Virus record (IMG/VR): IMGVR_UViG_3300047510_002627
Span: 1-64,000 of that record
Strand: one strand, 5' to 3'
Length of the DNA stretch: 64,000 bases
Source: a virus
Made by a program: the position numbers and the translations under genes. Positions within the stretch are counted from its first letter, which is position 1; each line of letters begins with the position of its first letter. Positions 18,801-26,800 of this stretch are shown one piece after another. The notes under the pieces were generated by a model that ran no database searches, was not told where the DNA came from, and saw only the letters and a program-made list of their open reading frames with translations.

Positions 18801-20800
18801 ATCCTAATTTTGATGAAACTAATAATTACTTAATTGATTTTATTGTTCTTGAAATGACTGATGATCCAGAAGATATTGAAAATATTAATTTTGGTGATGT
18901 GGCCAGAACTTATAATCAAGTCGGTGTATTGACAAGTGGTTCACCTGCTGGGGTTGGAAATACAGTAGTTGGTATTGCATCTACTTATTTTGCAACTAAA
19001 TTAATTGTTCAAACTGGAGCGGCATCTACAACTTACTACCAAGTAAACGAAATAACAATTCTTAAAGATGATTACGGAAAGGCAAAATTCATAGAGTACG
19101 GGGAAATTACTACTTCTGGATCACAAAATGAGTCTGTTGTTGGGGTAGTTTCTTATAGTGCAAATATTTTAAATGATGGATCAATTGATTTAATTGCAAT
19201 TCCATACGAAGATCTGACAGATGATTATAATGTTAAAACAATCACAGTTTCCATTGGTGGCACAGAACAAACTGATGTTGGAAGTCTTGGATATGAAACC
19301 GGATCAGTAAGATCATTTAAGGCATCTGGCATAGGAACAGAAATTCCTGCAGCAATACAAATTACTGCATATGATAGTCAATATAAGTGTGCATATATGA
19401 TTCCATATGTTACTGGAATTCAAACTGGATCTAAAATTCCATTTAGTTTTGGTAATAGAAGTCATGGAATTTCTGATTGGTACGCATTTGATGATGCAAC
19501 AATTACATATTCAACAATATACCCAGAAACTCAAATTATTGGTATTAACACTCTTGGATATAATCAGGCGATTGTTACAACAGGTTTAGATCCACAAAGG
19601 GGTACAGTTGGATTTAGTAGTGGACTTAGATATTATGCAACAAAACCAGTTAATTTTTTCTCAGAGACTGATAATTGGAAAACCGCTCCAGTTTCTTATG
19701 CTGGAACTACATTTGGTACATATGTAACGGACAGAGGAGATCCATCTGGAATATCTACATACTATGTTTATGCACCATTTGAAGATGCTGTAATTAACCA
19801 ATATGATAATGATGTCAATGGTATTCTTGGAATAGCATCAGATACGTTAACTCTTCCAAAATATACAGCAGGAATTTTGACTTCTGCAGTTGCCGATGGT
19901 TGGGTTTACTTTGAATCTACTAAACCAGTAATCATTACAACACAAGGACCTGGATCATTTGATTCTTCTGTATTAGCACCTTCCGTTACTGGGGTTGGTA
20001 CAACAAATTATAAGTATTATGCGTATTCTTCCGCAATCCCAAGTACTGAGTATCGTGCTACGGCTTATGGAACATTGGAACCAGATATAAGATTAGGAAT
20101 TACTACCGCAGGTGCTTTTAGCAATGAACCAATTATCGCATTACAAAGATCTGATGGTGATGGTTCTGACGATGTTCAGGGCATTCTTTCAGATTACTTA
20201 GCAGACACTTATTCTTGGGGAAATACATTATCTGATTATCAATTAGTTGCTCCTTTTGGAGACACTACCATTACAGTTTCTTATTGGGATGGAACTCAGT
20301 GGCAAATAGGAGAAACACATGTACTTATTGGTGGGGATCTGGAAAGTCCTCAGCAAGTATCTAGAGATGGTGATAATGGATTTGGTGTATGGGGAACTAA
20401 TGTAGGTGGATCAGCAGCAAATTTGGCAGCAGGTTTAGGTGACAGTGGTTCTGATCCAAATCTTTGGAAGTTTGAGGGGAATAATCCGTTTGCCTTGTTT
20501 ATCAATGATACTACTAATAGGGAAGAAACTATGCTTGGTTTCTCTAGTTCCACCACTAGTAGACCACTAAATAAAGAATATAGAGTTAGCGAAATACAAG
20601 TTATTAATGATCAAGTAAACTCTTATATAACTGAGTTTGGGACACTTGTAATACCAGCTCCATCTAATGCTTTTGGTGAGGCGGGAATCGGAACCTTTAG
20701 AACTAGACAAGTTGGTTCTAATACTATATTAGAATTCGTTCCAACACCTTTGACAGAAGTTGAAATACGTGGTTACCTAATAAGTATCGGTCGTTTCTAA
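9890..20800 (+). CDS. gp7: Giant baseplate wedge initiator gp7-like protein, N-terminal part (contains a YHYH-like domain)
   Basis: Follows gp6; QVPEFIR, KDFYSSKGT, DSDFYQYFSYAL, LNHTAGFKRF motifs; repeated G.GY modules. Confidence 0.8.
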   Translation: MEKNNVKISSILEYQVPEFIRVEYPLLIEFLREYYRSTEITFGANDIVSNIQNYIKIENLNNIVDTFYLFNESKEISEIVKNSTTILNNESLIRIKTSTPHNFIDGDTVDIQPESSIIDSIEIDRSLSFNGVRFTISVINENEFYCIGSGEGISNKNFVGGSFGVVTKSNIDSDSDEIIIYSTVDSKKSLPISYGLIQIDEEVILFKDIEDLTPITVDGQEYTSYKLLNCTRGFSGVTSIDSDDQLTFSSTVAEEHFNRAEVKNLSSIFLKEFLKKIKYLYLPGFEDKELNPELNQEIFIKQSKDFYSSKGTNTSFDILFNALYGENVKVIKPRDYLIEPSDADFRVVKDLVVEALEGNPEELNNKTLFQDDFGFINPARGTVSLVERIERDDRTYYIVSIDDGYERDINFRGTLFSEFSIHPKTQTIQFLERGSTHIDVDSTIGFPNSGELVVKTIDPVTKTVLTYEIEYQTKSSTQFLKCKTKGSIVDNINFPIYTNSEVFSNAFAYGFSNDESLIRVRITGVLSEFEQQEKTYLYESGNRIRVKSLGLDSRNRRDNDWVFNIPVSYAIKFAFLKDSFNNLYEVEFFDNHNFHLRDSFYFEEDSELFATVVDVTTENRLILQLNISLGVPAAGNRIPRLENKTITKILTKCSIQQYPELNFYNVSVTNTYVDTKDNSTYVTSGSLPAYSNNIDVRDGSLVGKFNFGIISPDGIIKQNKLFTDGEIDYSYITVFLDSGVGDQAVKHGFYTGDSVILRSLNPNVSPLPDGIYYVRDFRTEGDEYGIKLSSSRSNILNEKYTTLTKPDDILAEFDTVGEYSLQYFDFSIVDFNSENNFLPQLLESQNLIRKISDPVLDSQRVKTKEGSNGIFLNGVEVLNYKSTDNVFYGPIEKVISTAPGRGYDVIHPPEISVTDIGGAKLSYSSSNGTAVLYNGSPLKFGVSSNSNPVTYDGVGGEPIIINDKTLILGNKQLFIGQTGGTIVRINNLILSVGGEGGTQLDIGGTNGFEARIGNENITLGNIGSGCVVYPNVIGKLERIDLIYQGFNYVGTPKIFISGGNGNGAIAEPVMESFEYIAQFAANSLNLNFASDTIGFTTYHNFENFEEVVYINPENQLIQGLQSRSRYVVNVIDSFRVKLFKSKEDAVSGINTISITSTALGIHGLKSVKNKSKIGKINVINSGSGYQSKKVSTLDLNVNIVTNVITVTGHGYNSGEKIIYYTNDTPIGGINQNTPYYVTKIDDNNFKLSEVNTGSDKPNDFFYTIGEYVDLTSAGSGRHFFDYEPISVRIDGFIGVSTSGVQNLNAVVQPIFRGSIENIFVETSGDNYGTSDILNYSRQPEITVSKGKNASLLPILNDNGSIKEVLILNPGKDYISTPDIIVRGDGNGAVLTPILKNNSIVEVKVIYGGSGYTSKNTIIDIVDTGEGLRVFSSIKSWNVNLLKRYRDTGRESADGGIFYSGLSDNYGLQYTHVYLADELRKIIYKSDANKQTITDFEIDRSVIKEHSPIVGWAYDGNPIYGPYGYSNGVSGTVRAMRSNYVLKTGIERSNGPSFTKYQNGFFVEDYEYNSTNGGDLDESNGRFCRTPEYPNGVYAYFCTVDTNIPLIDGKGFEPQFPYVIGNVFKSKPIEFNFDKKSNQNEIDINKTNWYRNTHPYCLKDRVSCDYKYLLSPNRIKDPISEVKYSTFGQIEFVDVVVSGDNYQVGDKIKFQNGDVIGQDATAEVSFILGKEVRDISIERSSFDGVEFIKNDNGTELIGFTEEPHGYSTGDIVSITTPIEKIVFKDIYFFNNNLFVTKNIPVSSTTGIVTYFEVSGDLSYPTIRENDIYTLPSNEQVKILNIDENNKTIRVLREYNNVVSSGIITSGYRLVEDSRKFNCNLGIQTYYDFKSNYDYYFNAKESVGLGTQFGPGITSTVYPAYSTSGVISPRVIPTQTIYLPKHGFVTNETLDYSPETSSFIRATVNGGVTTFDLPDRVNVVKITDDLIGISTVKVGIGTDGDVGIYRNLENPLDTTNPLLSFTFADGADHRFKTLRDNILTAKVSQNIVTVSTSSTHGLTSNDLIDIKVEPESEKNIVIEYNDESRLLVVNPKPFLDDDVDVDANTFNIINHGYKTGDKVIYKSETPLTGLSDNQIYYVVAINRNEFALASSFYESNKEFPRFINISNPTDGTFYSINPPITAVVGQTIFFDLSSETLSFTQGSSTLRIPSFEFDLFFDSNFNHKFISSGKSSIFDVKKVGKIGVDADAYVSIKITDKTPKNLYYKLTPLDINGNPQDKLLSFIDTEQNSNNILSIVPSIYDGQYKIFDPIDRDVTQPPFLYSEFKYQIPREPESESYNLNNSNISYKTTSTDAFGPIDKVSIKNKGRYFYRLPSKTLISTNIGTGAIVSANSTSIGEIKTVNIKDIGFDYPSDLSIRPIANLPTIYKVEPLYSFERITIISNGVNYLQAPNIVVIDNKTSSVIDDVFLQYQLGDNFVSIIRNTKNLSNIVPRLVPVNNTNGIPLLLNISNPIVLDISNNADLNEVIAATDNAELTEESEESSFNLPDSLPFTNLVTIQLFLGTEYSSIFDFPFELGDLVFIEDVVTIEETNGGTSKGFNSENYNYSLFRVVRRDPNIGGSSASITLDFAGYIPTEQLIEAPGSDAFTVDKIISQSARVVPVKYFPQYQVVLQKNDFIIDEELVTLNGESVGTVEQWDNANDYIKIAERIIFGEGDQIIGQTSKTKANLLKKIEFDAGYTTGSTSVVNKGWQSDTGKLNSDLQRTNDSDFYQYFSYALRSKIPIDKWDDVVGSLNHTAGFKRFSQLQVESEPGLYSGISTSQDAGVSFGIGDIISEVSLNCYYDFDLVRETTFANNPLRSNELIFGSAILQDYIESVGNRVLNIDDISKNFNALPRETSFSVVARSDSTEIRTRKFFFYTQDRRFINDKQMNILLSTHDNFTPYLSNYGRLETRYDLAYFDSRILSGQQQLLFYPNFDETNNYLIDFIVLEMTDDPEDIENINFGDVARTYNQVGVLTSGSPAGVGNTVVGIASTYFATKLIVQTGAASTTYYQVNEITILKDDYGKAKFIEYGEITTSGSQNESVVGVVSYSANILNDGSIDLIAIPYEDLTDDYNVKTITVSIGGTEQTDVGSLGYETGSVRSFKASGIGTEIPAAIQITAYDSQYKCAYMIPYVTGIQTGSKIPFSFGNRSHGISDWYAFDDATITYSTIYPETQIIGINTLGYNQAIVTTGLDPQRGTVGFSSGLRYYATKPVNFFSETDNWKTAPVSYAGTTFGTYVTDRGDPSGISTYYVYAPFEDAVINQYDNDVNGILGIASDTLTLPKYTAGILTSAVADGWVYFESTKPVIITTQGPGSFDSSVLAPSVTGVGTTNYKYYAYSSAIPSTEYRATAYGTLEPDIRLGITTAGAFSNEPIIALQRSDGDGSDDVQGILSDYLADTYSWGNTLSDYQLVAPFGDTTITVSYWDGTQWQIGETHVLIGGDLESPQQVSRDGDNGFGVWGTNVGGSAANLAAGLGDSGSDPNLWKFEGNNPFALFINDTTNREETMLGFSSSTTSRPLNKEYRVSEIQVINDQVNSYITEFGTLVIPAPSNAFGEAGIGTFRTRQVGSNTILEFVPTPLTEVEIRGYLISIGRF

Positions 20801-20819
20801 AAAGTAACATAAGGATAAA

Positions 20820-23800
20820 ATGACAATTATCAATGCCGGAACTGGTTTTTATATAGGAAGATTATTTGATGTTCAACTTAGTGCCGAACTGAGGCATAAA
20901 GGTGATCCCATATTTGAAAAACTTTTTGATGGATCTAGCCAGGTTAGTGTTGATTTAAGAAATAATAGATTTTTTGTCCCAAATCATTTTTTTAAAACTG
21001 GGGAAAAACTAGAATATTTTTTCCCCAATTATGAAAATGCGACCGAAGGAGAATCAAACGCTGTTGGAATTGCTACAACTAGTATAGTAAATGTTGGAAT
21101 TACTACCAGACTTCCAAGAAACGTATATGCAGTTGTATTAAACGATCAGTATATACAAGTATCAGAAACCAAGTCAGATGCTTTAAGAAGAATTCCAAAA
21201 GTTCTTGATATTGTTTCAGTTGGAATTGGAGCATCTCATAAATTTGTTGGGGAAAAACAAAACACAAGATCATTAATAACAATTGATAATGTAATACAAA
21301 CCCCATCAATAGATACCGAAATAAGAACAACTTTAAGGGAAGAATTATCTGGGGCCAGCGATTTTGTAGAGGTTGTAGGTATTACTTCATTTTTTACTGG
21401 AGATTTGATTAGAATTGATAATGAAATAATGAGAATAGAACTCATTGGTTCTGGCATAGGAAATACCAATAGTTTCATTGTAAGAAGACCAATTTTAGGA
21501 ACTGGATTGGCAAATCATGCTCAAGGAGCAGATGTAGTAAAGCAATCCGGAGCGTATCAAATTGTAGATAATATAATTTATTTTCCAGTACCTCCATTTG
21601 ATAAAGCACCAACGACTGATCTCACTAGAACTGATCCAGAAGAAAGAGATTATGTTGGACTTGAAACATTCTCAACTTTTAATGGAAGAGTATTTTTAAG
21701 ATCTGGATTTGAAGATACAAATATAGGTCCATATGATAAAAATTTCTTATTAGATGATATTTCAAATCAATTTTTAGGAATATCAACTCAAGCAGTATTA
21801 AAAAATCAAGGAAATAATGTAACTGGATTTTCAACTGGAAACGCTCTTATTTTAATCAATAACGTATTCCAAACTCCAGATTTTATTGATTATGGACTTG
21901 GTGAAAGTGCCGGAGTTACTACAATTAGATTTACGGGAGAAAAAAGTCCCAACCCAGAGGATGTTAATACAGCTTCCATACCTAGAGGTGGTATAATAGT
22001 TTCAGTTGGATCAAATGAAGGATATGGATATCAACCATTAGTTGCCGCCGGTGGAACAGCAACTGTATCAGCTGCTGGAACAATATCAAATATATCAATA
22101 GGATACAGTGGATCTGGATATAGATCTCCTAAGGAATTAATATTAACAACAAGAATAAATTACCCAACAAACAATCCATCTGCAGTATTTTTCCTGGAAG
22201 ATAATGATGGATTATTTGAAAAACTTAGATATTTTAAATCACCAGGATCTAATGCAAAAGTAGTTTTATCTGTAGAAAACAGTGTTGGTATAAACCAAGA
22301 AACTTTAGGTGAATATACAGAAATAACTTCTGTAGGAAGTACTTCTGTTACTATTAATAATGGATCTGGTCTTGATGCATGGGAAGAAGTTAGTGAATTT
22401 AGTAGTTATGAATTTTTTGCTGATACTACAGCGACTCAACCATCCGGAATTTCTACTAATGTAATTACTGTTTTTGATACTCTTGGAATTAGTACAGCTC
22501 CAGGAAATCCAAATTATTATTTAACTATAACAAATGCAGCAAAAAATATACTAATTACAAAAGTAAATGAAATTAATAATCAATTTACTTTAAATGAATT
22601 GACAACGAACTCTTTTGTAGATAATTCTGTGGTCACTGTCAATACATTCAGGCAAGGAATAACTTCTACATCAATTGGAAATAATGTTGTAATAAAGATT
22701 ACAGATCCGAATGTTGGATTTGCTAACATCTATGTCGATACTTTAAAAGCATATACTGCAACTATTGCAGATTATGATCCAAAAACCGGACTAACAACTA
22801 TAACAGCACCTGGATTAAATGTTTTACAGGGTGATTTTCTTGATCTAAGAAACTTTAAATATGTGTGCGAGAGTGGTGGTTCTGTTAGTGGGGAAGGTGA
22901 ATCAACAAATAGAAGATTTTCTATTAATCGTATTATTATAGATCAATCCATCAATAAAGAGTATAGTGTTATTGATGCAACATATAATCCAGTAAGTGGA
23001 ATATCAACTTTAAATATTGGTATTCATACATTTGGAACTATCGGATCAAATCGTTTTTACATAGAACCAGAATCACTTGGATTTAGTTGCAGTTTGGATG
23101 GAAATGCAACAACTTCATACTATCCTGGCCCAAATGATTTAAACTATAAAAAAAATTATGAAATTATAGACACAACAGCAACAACTGTAACTGTAAATGT
23201 TGGTAACGCAGGCAATAACACATCTGCACATACATTTGAAAGAGTTAATAATTCATCTTTGGGATCTTTATCTCAAGTAACTAATGCAACTTATAACGCA
23301 TCTACTGGAATATCTACTATATCATTTACTAATCCTCATGGGTTAAGTGCAGGAATTGCATATTCAGTAACTAATGCTACTTACAACCCAACTACTGGAG
23401 TTGCAGTAATTTCTGTTCCAGATACAACTGGATTACAAAATGGAAGTAAAATTCTAATACAATCAGAATCTCTTGGATTTACTTGTACTTTGGATGGCAA
23501 TACAAGTGTCACATATTATCCAAGATTAACAGATCCTGCAAATGACAATTTACTCACAGTGTCAAATGTAACTGGAAATTCATTCCAAGTTAATGTTGGA
23601 ACCTCAGTCGATACTTCAGCACATACTTTTGTTGGCGTAAATACTGAAACTCCCAAACCAATTAAATTTGTAAGCGGAGATTATGTATTTTTGGAAGAAG
23701 AAGGATTGACATTTACATGTACTTTAGATGGAAATACAACACCATCTTCATATCCAAGATCAACAGATTACGCATACAATAAACTTATAGAAGTTTTAGA

Positions 23801-26800
23801 TGTCCCAAGTGCTAACCAAATCACCGTATACGTTGGGTATGGTCAACCAGGACAGGTCTATAGTCATACGTTCGTAAGTGCTACCGAAAATGCAGTAAAA
23901 TTCTCTACAGGTCAATCTAGATACACCTCAGGCATAGCAACTGTCACTAATGTGGGTAATCTTGCTACAGAATTGACACCAAATTCGTTAGTGTTAATTA
24001 GAAATACTGGCACTGAGATAGATAATCGTATTTTTACAGTGTTGAATACACCAGTAACTATTGGTTCTACTACAAATGCATTTTCTATAGATTTAAATGA
24101 AAAGGATACACCGGCACCAGTTTCTACGTTAATATATCCAGGGGCGGATTTTGTTCTTGCAACAGTTACATTCCCTTCAGGAAGATTTGGTTTTGAATTT
24201 GAAGTTTTAGAAAAACTTGATGATGATACTTTTATATTAAATACTGGAAAAACAATACGTCCTCACACTTATCTTGGGGGAGGAGAAGTTAGAAATGTAA
24301 CTCAAGGGGTTAAACCCATATTCATTGGATTCTCCACTATAAGTAATGGACATCTTGAGGATCCAATAATAACAAATACAGGAATTGGGTTTAGTCAATA
24401 TAATTTATTTAAATCTTTAAATGCCAGAAGTGATGTCTTGGTAGGATCTAATATCGTACAAATTTCAGACACTGCGGGAATAAACACATTTACAGATTTT
24501 GTTAGATTCCCAACCAGAGACAAGAATAAATTATTTGATATTGTTGGTATTGGTTCATTCCGAGTTTTAATTAGTGAACCCATAGCAGTAAGTAATATAC
24601 CACAAAATACAATTGTAGAAATTTTACGATTTGATAGTTTTAGTTTAAATGTTGATGATCCATTATCCTACAATAATTTACCTTTGATTTACAGTAATGA
24701 ATCTCCTTCGGGAATTGGATCTTATGCTGTTGGAAATTTAATAATTGGCAATGATGGAAAAATAGAACAATTTGAATTAACAAGTTCGGGATATTCTTAC
24801 GGACAAACTGAAATACTGACTGTAGAAGTCGGAGGCGTAACAGGAATACCAACTTTTGCAAATTTCCAAGTAACTGGTATAACTTCATCTGTAGGAGTAT
24901 TTACGGGATCATTAACATCCTTAAATGATAGATTTGGAGCAAGTTTATCAGTAAATTCAGACGGAAGTAGAATTCTTATTGGAGGATCGCAGGATAATAT
25001 CGTTGGATCTGCAACAAGTTCTGGATTAGTTTATGCATTTGATAGAGTTGGAAGTGCTTTTAATCAAGTTGGAATTATTACTGGATTATATTCTTCTGAC
25101 AATGGCGATAACTTTGGACATTCTATTGCCATAAGTGGAGATGGATCTAGAATTGTAATCGGTGCTCCAAATGATGAAGTTCCAAATGCAGGAGGACAGG
25201 TTTATTTGTATGATAGACAAGATGTTCCTTCAATTGGATTTACTACAGTTGGAATTTTAACGTCACCGTATGCAGATGGATTAGTACCCACAGGAGAATC
25301 TTTTGGATATTCGGTGGATATGAGTAGAGATGGTAACGTTATAGTAGTCGGTGCCTTTAGAGAAGAAGATGCTTTACCAGAAAATAGTGGATTAGCATTT
25401 GTTTATGAAAGAGATGATGGACCACCAATTTCATTTGATCTCATCAGTGTTTTATCCGGTTCATTGAGTGTAAGCACTAGCGATAATTTTGGAAATTCAG
25501 TTTCTATAAGTCCAGATGGTTCTTATATAGCAATCGGTGCATTTAGAGACGAAGATGCACCAGATCCTAATGCTAATTTTGGACTTACTTACATATTTGA
25601 AAAGTCTGGAGCCAGTGTAAATCAAGTTGGGATACTTACATCTCCCAAATTAACATCAATTAAATCTGCAAATGATAGATTTGGATATAATGTTGATATT
25701 AGTGAAAATGGAACTATAGTTGCTGTAGCAGCAATTGATGATCAATCCGTTGTGGGAGGAAATAGAACAGGATTAGTTTATATATTTGAAAGAATTAATG
25801 GTAATAATTTTTATTTGATACAAGTTTTGAAAGGAGAATATTCAAATGAAACCGGAGATAGTTTTGGAAGTTCACTTTCCTTAAGTGATGATGGTAAAGT
25901 TATTGCAATAGGTGCTGCTCTTGATGAATTTCCCGGTAGTGGATCATCTTCTGGTGTTACTTACTTATATGAAAGAAGAACATTTAATTACTTTGGTAAT
26001 GATTATGTAAGCGTTGGCATTCAAACAGGTACTTTTGCAAATGATATAGATGACAATTATGGATATGCGGTTGCTTTATCCGGAAGTGGAAATAGGTTAA
26101 TAGTTGGTTCTCAAAATGATGCTTTCAATCAAGTTGGAATTGGAACATCTGGTGCTGTTTACTCTTATGATATAACTATTGGAAATACATTTGAAGAGTT
26201 TCAAATTTTAGTAGATAGAACATTTACAGATAGTTTTGCAGGATTAACTTTTGGAGATTTGGTGGTATTTGATGATATTAGTAGGTTATTTAACAGTTCT
26301 AGAGTAGAATTTCCAATATTGCTAGGCGGGATTAGAACCACATTGAGATCAAGACCCGGTTCTTCATTAGAATTAGAATATAATTTATTAGTTTTTATTA
26401 ACGACATATATCAAGTTCCAAACGAGTCTTACATATTCAATGGTGGAAGTATATTAACATTCTTAGAACCTCCAAAGGAAGGTGACAAATGTGTAATTGT
26501 ATTTTACTTTGGAACAACAGAAGTTGATACCAAACTTGTTGATATCTTAGAAACAATTAAAATAGGTGATAATGTAACTGTCAATAGCAGTGATTTTAGT
26601 TTACAGCAAAATCCAAGAACAGTAGTTGATATAACTGCTACAGATATATTAAATACTAATACTTATGTTTCCCCTGGAGTTACTGATGATGAAAACTTAC
26701 AAAGACCCATTAGATGGTGTAAGCAATTAGTAGATAAAGTTATTGATGGTAATGTTGTTGGAAAATCTAGAAAACCATATGAACCTGAAATTTATCCACA

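Noticed and set aside
20790-20822. Programmed frameshift or readthrough joining the two giant ORFs
   Set aside because: Additional stops in both frames and an SD-like TAAGGA before the second ATG
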